From Chiloscyllium plagiosum (lineage: Eukaryota), in NCBI RefSeq assembly GCF_004010195.1, contig NC_057718.1, positions 104,268,616-104,332,615 of the forward strand: a DNA stretch of 64,000 bases, given 5' to 3'. The translations under genes were made by a program, and so were the position numbers. Below, piece by piece: positions 13,190 to 26,926 of this stretch. The stretch's first letter is position 1, and each line of letters begins with the position of its first letter. The notes under the pieces were generated by a model. The model did no database searches, was not told the origin of the DNA, and saw only the letters and a list, made by a program, of their open reading frames with translations.

Positions 13190-13470
13190 GCAATACTTCT
13201 CCATATATTCACTGTTATGAGGCTTCCTACCTCCCTTACAGAGCGAGTTCCAGATGCTCACCAGTCTCTGGGAGAAAAAGCATTTCCTCACATCACGTTT
13301 AATCCTCCTGCCCCTTCCCTTCAATCTCTGCCATCTACTCACTGGTCTCTCCATCAAGGGGAAAGGTTTCTTCCTGCTCACCTCCTCTGTGTCCCTCATC
13401 ATTTTATACATCTCCATCATGTCCACAATCAGTTTCCTCTGCTCCACGGAAAACAACCCCAGGCCTTTCC
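13190..13470 (-). mobile_element. Old CR1 3' fragment
   Basis: RKCFFSQRLVSIWNSL motif. Confidence 0.75.
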
Positions 13471-13780
13471 TTCATTTTCTTTCTCTCTCCAGCCGCCCCA
13501 TTCCACTTGTTCAGGACCAGTTGCATCTCAATCATTTCCCAGCTCTGATGAAATGTCACTGACCTCACTCTGCTCCCCTTTCCATTGATAACCCTGGACC
13601 TAGTGAGTATTTCCAGCATCTTTCATTAAACATTGTATGTTCCCACGAGTGCTTTAAAATCATCTCAGATTTTGAATAAGCCCCCATTTCTCATTATATG
13701 ACCACAAACTTCATTTACATTGTGTGACTCCATGTAGCAAAAGGCTTTTGTTCTGTTTTCCAGACAAATTATGTCACCTT

Positions 13781-14004
13781 AGTTAAAAATCACACAACAC
13801 CAGGTTATAGTCCAATAGGTTTAATTGGAAGCACACTAGCTTTCGGAGCGACGCTCCTTCATCAGGTAATAGTTTCCTGATAGTCTATCACCTGATGAAG
13901 GAGCGTCGTTCCAAAAGCTAGTGCTTCCAATTAAACCTGTTGGACTATAACCTGGTGTTGTGTGATTTTTAACTTTGTACACCCCAGTCCAACACCGGCA
14001 TCTC
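13781..14004. mobile_element. Fold-back PLE terminal-repeat insertion (family C) with a hammerhead on each arm
   Basis: ~90-bp arms in inverted orientation; TSD caaattatgtca(c/a)ctta at 13765-13781 and 14005-14021. Confidence 0.85.
13834..13868 (-). ncRNA. Minimal type I hammerhead motif (family C)
   Basis: Reverse complement reads tac CTGATGA a ggagc gtc gctcc GAA AGCT A gtg; the + arm copy (13889-13923) has GAAA changed to AAAA. Confidence 0.75.
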
Positions 14005-15149
14005 CAAATTATGTCAACTTAATTCAAGATGTTAAACAGTCCTCACAAGTAAATGTTGAGACTGTGAGCTGTTATTGGGACTTTGCTCATTGTAAGCAAA
14101 CACTTTGGAGATGTGGGGATGCGTCATTGTATCCCTGTTCAGGGGAACAAATAATTGTGGAACAAATAGGCAAGTCCACAGACAATGGCCGTCTCGCTGC
14201 ATCAAGAAGAAAGAACACAAGATCAATACAATATGCTGGCTGGGAATTCCACAACTCAGGCTCATAGTCTCAGGAGAAGGGGTCAGCTGTTTCAAACTGA
14301 GGTGAGGAGAACTCTCTTCACTATAAGTGTTGTGCATTCAGACCTGGTTCAGTGTGGAGCACTCTTGCCTGGGACTTGCATATTCAAGTCCTATTCCAAA
14401 TCCAAAACATGAGCAGTACCTCAGCACAGCACTGAGGGAATGCCACACAGTCAGTGACACCATCTTACACAGACAATGTCTCTGCCCTCTCTCCAACAGA
14501 TGCTAACATGCAGGGAGTTATCTGTATATATATCATGAATATATCCCATATCCTATATTATAATATATATGCTTAATTGGATTTATTGAAATGTTAGCAT
14601 CCCCATTAGATTGAAAGAAAAGTTCTGAGGAATTTTAAATTTAAGATCTTCATTTTAAGAAGACAGATGAGCAAAGGAAAACCTTTTCTTTTTTACAGCA
14701 CTCCCTGGATACACTTATAAATGTTATTTCCTACAGGCCATTTTCTCATGAATATTTTCCAGCAACCTCATCAAACCTCCAGCAATGATTCTGCTGCAGC
14801 CCTAATAGTTTGTGATATCGCCGGGTTTCTGAACTGGGCAAACTGCAGAAATCAGTTTCAACAATGGCCCTGAGTGGAGTTTCAAACTGATTGGGTAAGT
14901 TTAGAGACATGTTGTACAACCCTACGGGGAGAGGGACCCTACATCCCACGGAAGAAAGTGACACAGGGACCCCACTGCACAGCAATGCACCCACATGTTT
15001 GCACAATATTTTGAGCATTTTTTCAATTATCATTCATTCGTGGGATTTGAGTACATTTATTATCCATTTGTAACTGCCCAGAAGGCAGATAAGTGTCAAC
15101 CACATCGCTGTGGGTCTGGAGTCACGTGTAGACCAGACTTGATAAGGTT

Positions 15150-15592
15150 TCAGAACACTTCAACCCCAGGGCATCAATGTGGACTTCAACAGTTTCCTCA
15201 TTTCCCCTTCCCCCACACTAATCCAGAATCTGGTTTCCAGCATCTGCAGTCATTGTTTTACCCCCTTGATAAGGTTTCCTCCCACAGTCTAAAGATATGC
15301 AGGCTAGGTGAATTGATCATGCTAAATTGTCCATTGTGTTAGGTGCAGGAATAAATGTACACTAATCCAGAATCTGGTTTCCAGCATCTGCAGTCATTGT
15401 TTTACCCCCTTGATAAGGTTTCCTCCCACAGTCTAAAGATGTGCAGGCTGGGTGAATTGATCATGCTAAATTGTCCATTGTGTTAGGTGCAGGAATAAAT
15501 GTAGGGGAATGGGTCTGGGTGGGTTGATCTTTGGAGAGTCAGTGTGGACTTTTTGGGCCGAAGGGCCTATTTCCACACTGTAGGGAATCTAA
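15150..15592 (+). mobile_element. PLE 3' fragment plus HE1 SINE with a 144-bp tandem duplication
   Basis: 15217-15360 is repeated at 15361-15504; ttgataaggtttc flanks the PLE piece. Confidence 0.7.
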
Positions 15593-15989
15593 TTGTCAAA
15601 TAACAGATTTCCCTCCCTAAAACGCATGAGTGCACCAGGTAGGTTTTTATGATAGTTGACACTGGGCACATGGTTCCCATTTGCCAAGCTTTTAATTCCA
15701 GATTTTTAAAAACTTTCAACTCAGATTTCACTGTTTCCCTTGGTGGTCCTCAAACCCAGGTTTCCGGAACATTCACAGAGATGACTAACCCAGTAATATT
15801 TCCACTAGCCCACTAATGGGCATGGTTCTGATAGAATCACAGAGAGACATGTGCATGGACCATCCGCTGTCTCTCCCAGAACCTGAATTTTCATAAGTGA
15901 GAGAAAGACCAGAACTGGGGGAGAATTCGGGGAAGGGGAGACACATTAGGAGTTACTACCACAGAAAAGCGGTTGAGACCAAAACACTA

Positions 15990-17052
15990 TTTTTGAGGAT
16001 GTAACTCTGAAGATGGATGAGGGAGATCCAGTAGATGTAGTGTACCTGGACTTTCAAAAAGCTTTTGATAAAGTCTCACATAGGAGGTTAGTGAGCAAAA
16101 TTAGGGTGCATGGTATTGGGGGCAAAGTACTGACTTGGATTGAAAGTTGGTTGGCTGATAGGAAACAAAGAGTAGTGATAAACGGCTCCATTTCAGAATA
16201 GCAGGCAGTGACCAGTGGGGTACCTAAGAGCAGGAGTAGATCACTTGTTCTATCATGCTGTCTGACATTCAATGAATTCTAACCTCCACTTTCCTGTACG
16301 TATACCTTAACCTTTCACTCCCCTGTCTGTGAAAAATCTATTGAACGTAATTTTGAATAAATTTAAAGACCAGCCTCATGTACATAGTTGAGAAGAGATT
16401 ACCATACTTCATTGACCCTCTGAGAGATACATTATTTGTCTCTCTGTCATTAAAGGCAGACTTCTCCACCACAAGAGTAAACAACCTTTGGGTTTCCACC
16501 CTATCCAGTCACTCAGAACCCGATATCAGTCCTCATTTAGCTAAGACAGTCCTGTCCAGTCTTTCCAAATCTCTTCATTCTCTCTTTGTGCTTATAAGAT
16601 CGCTGCATGTCACATTTCTGAACCTACTCTGTCATTTTGCTATCATCCAGAAACATGGGAACACCACCACCTGCAAGTTCCCCTCCAAGTCACTCGCCGT
16701 GACACTCTGGAGGCAGGAAATATGTTTCCGCTGATGGGTGAGTGTCGAACCAGTGGACACAGATTAAAAATACGTGGTAGACCATTTAGGACAGAGATGA
16801 GGAGAAACTTCTTCACCCAGAGAGTGGTGGCTGTGTGGAATGCTCTGCCCCAGAAGGCAGTGGAGGCCCAGTCTCTGGATTCATTTAAGAAAGAGTTGGA
16901 TAGAGCTCTCAAGGATAGTGGAATCAAGGGTTATGGAGATAAGGCAGGAACAGGATACTGATTAAGGATGATCAGCCATGATCATATTGAATGGTGGTGC
17001 AGGCTTCAAGGACAGAATGGCCTACTCCTGCACCTATTGTCTATTGTCTATT
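15990..17052 (+). mobile_element. CR1 LINE (same family as 1958-3240) with its internal part replaced by unrelated old repeats at 16225-16700
   Basis: DVVYLDFQKAFDKV (16013-16201) and RRNFFTQRVVAVWNALP (16722-16961); (ctattgt)n tail. Confidence 0.88.
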
Positions 17053-18048
17053 TGTTTTCAAGAAGGAGGTAGATAAAGGGGTCAAGGGAGATGGGGGAGG
17101 GTGGGATTGGGATATTGAGCTCAATGATCAGCCATGAATGACCTACTCCTGCTCCTGCCTTCTGTATCACAGAGAGGGAGTACACTTAAAAATACAAGTT
17201 ATTTCAAATCATTTTTGATGTCCAGTTCCAGGACAGAAACAGAAAAATAGAACACATTTGCAAAATGAACTAAATGGGCTAAAGCTTTAGCAGGACCTGA
17301 TCATCTTTCAACTTTGCTCAAAAGGAGATCTGTGCTATGAATTATGACATAATCCCCTAGTTGCTGTGAAAACCTGTTTTTGCAACATGTACAAGATCAA
17401 AGTGGTCAAAAATCCAGGACTTGTACTCATGGTAGTGCTTTGGGAATTTTCAACGGAACTGATACAGTTACCACTGAACTCACCAAGTCAGTCAGTCTCT
17501 GCCTGTGGCTGCGAGACCCTGTCGACAATTCCAACGTGCAAAGTTATGAAAGCTTATTCATGGTAAGCAAATTGTCATTTGAAAATTGTCACTTGTGTGC
17601 TCTAGAGTTTAGGGAAATAAATGGATAACTTGCTTAAAAAAGTGAAATCACACTGCACGACCATCAGTGATTGTAAAAGAATTCACGGTTTGTTTTTCTT
17701 CTTAAAAATCATTGAATCTTTCATTGGTGCCAGGTGGGCGCTGTTAGATCAAAATAAAATGCAATGTAAGGGACTTTCCAAACTGATTAACAAGAATAAC
17801 AAGGCAGGTTATTTCATTATTATTCTCTCACAGCAACAGTGATCAGGGCAGGATCAGACCCCGATAAAACAGAACCAACTAACAGAAGTTGGAATAAAAT
17901 TGCTGCCAGTTTGTTTGTAACCTTCGCTGTGTCACTCACTTCAGCTCCCTGTCTCTAATTCTGCCTGGCCTTGCTTTGCTTCCGCACAGTGTCTGTCCTG
18001 GTGCTGCTTCTGCCCATTTCAGTCACTTGCTCCTAAGCTTTGTATGTT

Positions 18049-18372
18049 TAGATTAGATTCCCTACAGTGTGGAAACAGGCCCTTCGGCCCAACAAGTCCA
18101 CACCGACCCTCTGAAGAGCAACCCCCCCAGACCCATTCCCCTACATTTACCCCTGACTAATGCACCTAACACTATGGGCAATTTATCATGGCCAATTCAC
18201 CTGACCCGCACATCTTTGGAACTGTGGGAGGAAACTGGAGCCCCCGGAGGAAACCCACGCAGACACAGGGAGAATGTGCAAACTCCACACAGTCAGCCAC
18301 CCAAGGAGGGAATCAAACACAGTCCCTGGCACTGTGAGGCAGCAGTGCTAACCACTGAGCCACCGTGCCACC
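18049..18372 (-). mobile_element. HE1-type V-SINE, near full length
   Basis: Reverse complement begins ggtggcacggtggctcagtggttagcactgctgcctcac (tRNA A-box), then the V-domain ctgtgtggagtttgcacattctcc and an aatct tail. Confidence 0.88.
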
Positions 18373-19868
18373 CAATGTTTTTATTGCTATTTTGGGATTG
18401 ATTTGCTTGTTCTCCACACAACATGTTGAGCAAAGCAGAGGGAGAGAAAGTGAGTGGTTTTTACCTGTTTTTAACCCTGCTGCAAAAGCATTTCCTAGCA
18501 GACAGTGAAAGGCCACCATTGAGGACAATCAGAAGCAGCTGTCTGACTGCCCAGGCCTGTGGAACAGTGATTCACTCACAAGGGCCCAATAATGAACCCG
18601 AATGGATGAAACTACAAAGGGGTCCGTTCCAATGATAGGACCAGCTCTGGATTGTCAGGAGATCCAGCCAATCCTCACCTCAATCCATGAGGATTGGCAT
18701 TTCTTATCGTGCTGACAAGGAGATGGTCAAGACATTGACCCAGAAACTCATGGAATGCAATAACAACTCATGCCTTTACATAACACCATTAAGTTAGTAA
18801 ACCATCCCTGGGCTCTTCATGGGAGCAATTATCAAATTTCTGACTCACCACCCCATTCCCACACTCCCACACTCCCCCCAAGACCCCAACCCATTCCCAC
18901 CTGAGCCAGCTCTCATTCTCTGCCTCTGGACACCCCCTTGAGAAATTGTGGAGTAGCAGCAACACTCTGATTGCCGTGACTTCTTTCTGAATTTGTCTGA
19001 CTTCCCTTCTCTTCTGATGAAGATCTTGTCACATTTCCAGTTTGAGCGAAGACAGATGTGGTCATCAAGAAATTCTGGAATTGCCTATCACAGCTGGCAA
19101 AATAGTCATGAAAGGACCGCTGGATAACAGGGAAGCACAACATCTTTGATTATCACACAACAATGGGTCAACATTGACTAAGATAAAGTATTACACTGCG
19201 TTGTATACTGACAGCAGAGGGAGAAAAATAGTTTTGGCCTTCCTTGTGACTGATGTAGCTTTCAAACTATGTATATTTGGTCTTGACATGCTAGCACACC
19301 AGCTTTGTAGTCAATCATTGATCGATCATAATGTATGGTGCATCAGCTCTAAACAATTCAGTTAATTGAGAAGGCGTCATGAACTGTGGAACATTTGTTT
19401 TCCGTGGATGGTTGAGGTCAGGCAGGAATTGTGAAAAATATACATGAGTGACCAAGGTCATTAATGCAAAACACCACCAAGACTGAAATTTGTGTGGGGT
19501 GGGAGGGAACATGAGGGAGACACTCAGATTTAAGGAAGTAAGGATTGTCCGAGCCAGCAGATACTGGATCAGAATTTGAAGATGGAACGTTGGTGAAACT
19601 CTCAGCTTTGGCAACTTTCTGCAAGGAACCATGAGCAATCTCTGAAGTCCGTGTGTGTGCAGTTACACACAGGAATCGAAGCATTGCTGACAATGGTTCT
19701 TTGCCCTTCCAGAGTGTGTTTTACCGAAGTCCTCACGGATACAATCAGCACAGATTTACAGATCTGTCCTTCCATATACAGTACACTTTTTAATAAGTAT
19801 AGGAAAAGTTCAACCTTTGTTGAATAAGGTTTAACTGAGTTTTCGAGACACACAGGATCATACTTACT

Positions 19869-19949
19869 TCAAGCTCTCTTTGAGCTTGAAAAGCTAATGT
19901 TAGAAATCTGGAGTTAGTCCCTCCATCGAATGAGACAAATTTCAGAGAC
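19869..19949 (-). CDS. Candidate 81-nt internal exon (SLKFVSFDGGTNSRFLTLAFQAQRELE), gene unidentified
   Basis: Weak acceptor ttattttaaaag, strong donor GAA|gtaagt; only one frame open; non-repetitive context. Confidence 0.25.
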
Positions 19950-20249
19950 TTTTAAAATAACGGATTATTTTCATTATTATTGTCAGCAGGTTTGCTTATG
20001 ATGTTTCAGCTTTTACCTTAAACCATGTGTATGCCCCAAATTTTATTTTGGTCTCTACAAAATTATCAAACAACAAAGTCATCAGTGCTTTTTACTTCCC
20101 GGCTTGCTGTCTATGAGAGTTCCCCAATGTGATTGGTTGCTTAGCCCATCTGCTGGCATGCTGTACAGATAGCACCAGAATTACATTGGTTTTGTAAAAA
20201 GGGCAAACTGATGCCACAACACACCCTGGATCTTTTTAAGTCCATAACA

Positions 20250-20780
20250 AATAGGAACAGCAGCAGGCCATTCAGCCCCACCAGCCCCTCAATAGGTTCA
20301 TGGCTGATCTGACATTCCTCACTCCACTTTCCTGCCCTTTCCCTTTAACCCTTGATTCCCCGACTGATCAAGAATCTCTCTATCTCAGCCTTAATTATAC
20401 ACAAGGACTCTGCCCCCCACAGCTTCTGCAGCAAGGAGTTCCACAAAGACTCACAACCTTCTGAGAGAAAAAATCCCTCCTCATCTCCATCTGAAATTGA
20501 TGTCCCTTTATGCAGAGGCTGTGTCCTCTGGAACTGAACTCTCCCATGAGGGGAAACATCCTCTCAGCATTGACCCTGTCAAGCCCCTTAAAGAATCTGA
20601 CATATCTCAATGAGATCACCTCTCATTCTTCTAAACACCAGTGAGTAGACCCTCAACCTGTTTAACCTTTGCTCATAAGACAATCCCTCCAAACCCGGCG
20701 ATCATCTTAGTGAATCTTCTTTGAACTGCCTCCAATGAAACAATATATTTTTGTATATGAAGGGACCAAGTCCACTCACT
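20250..20780 (-). mobile_element. Old CR1 3' fragment
   Basis: FKGLDRV.AERMFP...RRDFFSQKVV. Confidence 0.8.
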
Positions 20781-21494
20781 GTATTTATGGATGGCTGTCA
20801 TTGTGATTAGCGGCGAGCACTGATCAATCATGTTTTGCCTCAGATTGACATGTTGTACCTACAATTACTCAGAAAGTGGGCATCCAAATTCAACTCCAGG
20901 CAATGGAACTTTGGCTGATCATGTAAAAGCTTGAGTGCACTTCACCACCTGATATACACCTACTCCCCCTGAATGCAAGATAGCAGCTGTTAACCTGAAC
21001 CTCTTCCCGGGAAAAGGCTCCCAGAACACAAATCCCAGACTTTCAGAGGACTTTAAGAGACACCAGATGCTCTGGCTGTGTTAGGCCCACAGTGTGTACT
21101 GGCTGGGTGGCAGGGACAGTAACTGGAAGGGAGACCCTTGGGCCTGTTGCTGTTCCTGGAGAGAGAGAGAGGGCCTGGGACACCTGGAGCTGTTTCTGAA
21201 GGCCCCTTTTAGAGAAGATGAATTCTATGTAAGTCCTTTTTTATTCCTTTTGTAACTCAAAATGGTGCTAGATAGTGGTGAGAAAACACTTTACACCGTA
21301 TCTTCCTAGATTTTTGTGACAATAAATAAATAAATCTGCAACATCTTGCCTGTTGATTTTTGTTGAATGGGATTGAAAATTTGAAGATTTACGTAATAGA
21401 TAAATGAATCAATAGTTTAATACTCGCACCTAAAGTTCAAACTCCCCCCAACTCTCTTAGGAACAAAGGTCAGCAAGCAAAAGGGAGTCATCGG

Positions 21495-21745
21495 ATCCCT
21501 ACTGTGTGCAAGTAGGCCATTGGGCCCACTGAGTCCACACTGACCCTCTAAAGAGTATCCAATCCAGACCCACCCCATCCCAGTAGCCCTATATTTCCCA
21601 CCGTATCCTGCATGTCTTTGGATTGTGGGAGCAAACATAGGGAAAATATGTAAACTCCACACAGAGAATTGCCCAAGACCGGAATCAAGTCCGAATCCCT
21701 CTTGCTGTGAGGTTGCAGTGCTAACCACTGAGTAACCGTGCCGAC
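21495..21745 (-). mobile_element. Diverged HE1-type SINE
   Basis: Similarity to 18049-18372. Confidence 0.7.
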
Positions 21746-22814
21746 CCAGCTACTGTGCTGCCCCAAGTAGCATGAGCAAGATCACTCAAATATTATTCTT
21801 AAAAAGCTGCAGGATTTGTATTTTATGACAACAGACACTATGGAAATATTCTTGACTAACAAAAGAATCAGACGTTATTGGGAGTCAGGAGGGAAGTGGA
21901 GTTGAAACTACAGGCAGATTAACTATGATCTTATTGAATGGTGGAGGGGAGTCAAAGGGCTGAATGGCCTATATTTATATTCCTACAGCAGACAAACAGC
22001 AGAATGAGGATAGCAGAATATATACTGCGTCCAATAGACAGCGCATTCACAAAAAGCTGCCTTTCTTCCGATTATGAGGTGTTGCAGACAGATGGACCTA
22101 AAATCAAATGTTTCCACTCAGATAGAGGGAGTTTAAAAATCGAGGAAAGCAATGGAAAAGTTGATCCAGCAATCTGCTTCTCCGATTAGAGCAACGTTGG
22201 AGAAGCAGTGGGACATGGGAGTGTATGGACAGTTTCAGAGATAGATCTGAGATTTGACAGGGGACAAGGCGTGAATGAAGATTTCAGATGACAGCAGGAA
22301 CCAGGCCCTTGGATTTGAAGCAAGATGACGGCCAATATGACTTGGACTGTTGTTTGTTGAAGATTAATTTTGCAGCAGGCTGGTTGTTCCCTCAGGACTG
22401 AGTGAAAAGGAAGGCCACGGGGCCAAAGCAACAATGATAACACTCATTTAATCCCAATGTGTAGTCCGATACCGGACGAGGATATATCTGATTTATAAGA
22501 CATTTAACTCCATTTGTACAGGAGCGTGTTCGACCATCAGTGCATTGCTAGTTCATTTGCTATTCATTATAGCTGGTTCAGTCAAAGGCATGCAGTGAGA
22601 TTCTTTCGCCTGTACTAGGTGCAGTATCTGTTGTCATATGGACGTGCACCAGGGAACAACTTGACAAAGTTACTACAGCTGCCAGTCCCACACATTACAC
22701 ACAATGGGTAGGGCACCGGGAGGCCATTCAGCCCGACCAGTTCATGGTAGCTCTCTGCCAAGAGGAACTCACTCACAAGCATTCCCATGATTGCGAGCTT
22801 ATGACTTTTCACAT

Positions 22815-23135
22815 CCTAGGTATCTTTTTCCTAGGATGGGGGATTTCAAGACTGGGGGATGTATTTTTAAGGTGAAAGGAGAAAGATTTAAAAAAGACAT
22901 GGGGGCAATCCTTTTACACAGAGGGTGGTTCACGTGTGGAATGAGCTTCCTCAGGAAGTGGTGGATGTGGCTACAGTTATAACATTTAAAAGACAAGTAC
23001 ATGAAAAAGAAATGTTTGAAGGGACATAGGCCAGGAGCAGGCAGCTGGGACTAGTTTAGTTTGGGATTATGTTCAGCGTGGACTGGTTGGAATGAGGGGT
23101 CTATTTCAATGCTATATGGCTCGACAACTCTATGA
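22815..23135 (+). mobile_element. CR1 3' fragment
   Basis: LFPRMGDFKT.G..FKVKGERFK and a ctctatga tail. Confidence 0.75.
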
Positions 23136-23561
23136 TTTTCCATTTCCCTCGGAAAACCTCCATAAAACCTGCCTCCTCCATCCTCTCAGTCAGTGCCTTC
23201 TGGATACAAACCTCTCGCTGTGTGACTCTGTACTGTTGTTTTGGTGTGTTTTATTTTCCCAATCACCTGAATTCAGTGTCTTCTGCTTCTGAACTCTCTC
23301 ACCATCAGAAACATTTTTTCTCTGTCTAGGAATCCTCCTGATTAAAACCCCTCGATCAGATATCCTCTGAGAGCAGTACCGTGTCCACTCGGAAAAGGAA
23401 CAAAACTGAGATGTCACGGGTTTACTGCGATGTGCAAAAGCAGCAACAGTGGCGTATTCTATAAATGCAAACCTTCCTTTACTCTTCCTGTTTCTGTTGC
23501 TCCTGAGTGGGATATGGCAGCCAGCAAAGAGTAAAATCTCTTCAGTTTCATACCCAAACAC

Positions 23562-24110
23562 TCAGCATCCCCCATGCCCACCCATGTCATGTTCAATTGA
23601 TCACACAGCATCATGCTAAATTGCCCATAGTGTTAGGTGAAAGAGTAAATGTAGGGGAATGGGTCTGGGTGGGTTGCTCTTCGGAGGGTCAGTGTGGACT
23701 TGTTGGGCCGAAAGGCCTGTTTCCACACTGTAAATAATCTAATCTAATCATCCCCCATGCCCACACACATCGCGTCCAATTGGTCACCCAGCAGCCCCCA
23801 CGCCCACCCACATCACATCCAATTGGTCACCCAGCAGCACCCATGCCCACACACATCGCATCCAATTGGTCACCCAGCATCCCCCCCCCTTGCCCACCCA
23901 CGTCACGTTCAATTGGTCACCCAGCATCCTCCCCCCATGCCCACCCACATCACGTTCAATTGGTCACCCAGCAGCCCCCACGCCCACACATATTGCGTTC
24001 AGTTGGTCACCCAGCATCCCCCCCCATGCCCACCCACATCACGTCCAATTGGTCACACAGCATCCCTCATGCCCACACCCAGTGTGTTCAGTTGGTCACC
24101 CAGCTCCTCA
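23562..24110. repeat. ~41-bp degenerate tandem repeat with an HE1 SINE fragment inserted at ~23612-23748
   Basis: Unit ccccatgcccacccacatcacgtccaattggtcacccagca. Confidence 0.88.
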
Positions 24111-24531
24111 ATGGCAGGTACCACTACCTCAAAGGAACTCCACTAACTGTGTTCACTCTTGTGTGGATCACACACCAAAACTAGACCAGAACTCGATGCA
24201 GGGGGGCTCCCCTGGATATTAAAGGGACACGTCACGGACTGTAGCAAAACATGTGACCCCAGCTCTCCTCCCCCATAGTGAATGGGCTCAGGAAGGGCAT
24301 TGCTGGACGATATGAGGTACAGGAAAGTGTACAGGGGGTCAGCCTGGATCCCAGTAAGGGTGGATGATAGAGAATGGACGGCTCGTCTTACAACGCAGAT
24401 GGGGCAGGCCGTGAAAAACGACCAAACAATTCATCACAGCCCAGCCATTCCTTGTCACCCCACAGTCTCAGCTCACTCCACACCCGTCCATGCCCGGTCA
24501 CTTTGAACCTCCACCAGTCACTACCAGTAAC

Positions 24532-24640
24532 TGTCCTGAGGAAGGGTCACCAGACCCGAAACGTTAACTCTGATTTCTCTCCACTGACGCTACCAGATCT
24601 GCTGAGCTTTTCTGATCTACAGCATTCACAGTTCTTTCTG
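24532..24640 (+). mobile_element. PLE terminal repeat (family D) with hammerhead core
   Basis: CTGAGGA a gggtc acca gaccc GAA ACGT t aact. Confidence 0.7.
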
Positions 24641-26142
24641 TTTTTTTACTGAGGAATAGTTGTCCGGGTTTGCTGGCTGGGATCGGAACATGGTACAAGC
24701 CTCTAGACAAGGAGGGTAAGGGAGGGTGCAGCAGAAGAGACAGCGGGGAGAGGGGGTGTGCAAGGACACGAGGGGAATTTGTTTCCCTGTGGTTTTCCCG
24801 TTTCTTTGATTAAGGGAACTTGTAATCTTGATTCTATTTGATTGCCTTGGCTGGCGTTGTTCCTACACTTCGATCATTTACCACAAATTTACAGCAGACT
24901 CATTCACTAAGGCAAGGCTTGTGTGGCAGTGGGGAAAGATAGGAATATTTATTGGCACTGTGTAAATTTGACCAAACTCATTGTAACTGGCACAGTTGAA
25001 CTACTTTGACCTGCTCTCGTCTAATCCCACCATTTAACATCAGTTGATCAGTAACTAGCAAAGCAATAAATCTGATTTCCGACCATCAGATATTAATTCC
25101 CAAACAATGTGGAGATCATGTAAGATCAACTCTGATATATTTTAATTGGAATTAAATCGTTTTGGATGAAAACTTAATTGGTACGGTTTACATACACTGA
25201 GCAGACATTCCAAAATTGAGGAACAGCCTGTCTTAAAAGAAAGAACCAGGTTTTGCAGTTGAGAAAAACGTTAAATAAAATTGCCTTAAAATATCCAGCT
25301 CCTGAAGGTATTAAAGACTAACAATTAACAGGTTTGAAAATACCTCAACCGGCATTTGGTTCAAAGAATAGTTGCCTTCCTGACATATTTTTTAAGATGT
25401 AAAGTCATATCGCCTCCAGTTGTATATTTATCACATGCATTATGGTTTGTATCAGAAATATCTTGCTGTTTTTCACCCACAATGCATCAGCACAGCCATT
25501 TTGAGCACAGTAAGATCTAACAATTGAACGGAGATGAATTACCAGTTGAAGGATAAGAAGAAACAAAAACAGAAAGCAGGTCTAACAGCACCTGTGAAGG
25601 GAGAGAAACCAGTTTCGAGTTCAGTAGTCCTTCTTCAGAACTGCTCAGATCAAGTCAAACTGGACTCGAAACATTAACTCTCTCTCCATTGTGCTGAGTT
25701 TTGCCAGTAGTTTCCACCTTTATTTCAGATCTCCAGCATCTGCAGTATTTTGCTTTGCTGAGAATTATAAGATTTATGTTTTGAGAAGGGTGCCCCTTTC
25801 ATTTAAACATTCCCCTGCTCATTCAGGCAGCACTGGCATTAGGTTTATGGGTTAAATTCCTTCTGGAGGGAAAGAACTTCAAAGCCCGAAGTCTATTTCT
25901 AACCCTCAGGATGTGGTTTCCACTCAATGATGTACTTCTCAAGGCTGGGCGGTGTTGTAATGCAAGGAAACACACCAGATAGACAGCACTCTTGAAGCAA
26001 GGACACTTCACTGGAGGACAAGAGACTGCACAGGGGACTTTTATTGTGGATGGGTGTAGGGATTGTGTGGGGTGGGGGAGTGGGCAGTGTGGGCAGTGTG
26101 GGGTCTGGGGATGTGGGAAGTGTTGGGAGTGGTCTAGGGGGT

Positions 26143-26926
26143 NNNNNNNNNNNNNNNNNNNNNNNNNNNNNNNNNNNNNNNNNNNNNNNNNNNNNNNNNN
26201 NNNNNNNNNNNNNNNNNNNNNNNNNNNNNNNNNNNNNNNNNNNNNNNNNNNNNNNNNNNNNNNNNNNNNNNNNNNNNNNNNNNNNNNNNNNNNNNNNNNN
26301 NNNNNNNNNNNNNNNNNNNNNNNNNNNNNNNNNNNNNNNNNNNNNNNNNNNNNNNNNNNNNNNNNNNNNNNNNNNNNNNNNNNNNNNNNNNNNNNNNNNN
26401 NNNNNNNNNNNNNNNNNNNNNNNNNNNNNNNNNNNNNNNNNNNNNNNNNNNNNNNNNNNNNNNNNNNNNNNNNNNNNNNNNNNNNNNNNNNNNNNNNNNN
26501 NNNNNNNNNNNNNNNNNNNNNNNNNNNNNNNNNNNNNNNNNNNNNNNNNNNNNNNNNNNNNNNNNNNNNNNNNNNNNNNNNNNNNNNNNNNNNNNNNNNN
26601 NNNNNNNNNNNNNNNNNNNNNNNNNNNNNNNNNNNNNNNNNNNNNNNNNNNNNNNNNNNNNNNNNNNNNNNNNNNNNNNNNNNNNNNNNNNNNNNNNNNN
26701 NNNNNNNNNNNNNNNNNNNNNNNNNNNNNNNNNNNNNNNNNNNNNNNNNNNNNNNNNNNNNNNNNNNNNNNNNNNNNNNNNNNNNNNNNNNNNNNNNNNN
26801 NNNNNNNNNNNNNNNNNNNNNNNNNNNNNNNNNNNNNNNNNNNNNNNNNNNNNNNNNNNNNNNNNNNNNNNNNNNNNNNNNNNNNNNNNNNNNNNNNNNN
26901 NNNNNNNNNNNNNNNNNNNNNNNNNN
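26143..26926. other. Assembly gap (784 N) within a G-rich low-complexity tract (~26050-27095)
   Basis: Run of N flanked by GGGG/GT-rich repeats. Confidence 0.99.

Noticed and set aside
14736..14894. Plus-strand segment with a good acceptor and gtaagt donor
   Set aside because: Stops in all three frames; could only be a non-coding exon, which cannot be supported from sequence alone.
18330..18372. tRNA-like sequence (also at 30940-30990 and 63705-63760)
   Set aside because: These are SINE heads; no complete cloverleaf.
22186..22443. Minus-strand ORF with a strong acceptor-like site
   Set aside because: Contains L2-like remnants (EIFIHAL); probably an old LINE.
23190..23561. 123-aa ORF with an RNP1-like KGRFAFIEY and a hydrophobic stretch on the opposite strand
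   Set aside because: No rest of an RRM, no convincing start or compatible splice phase; likely chance.
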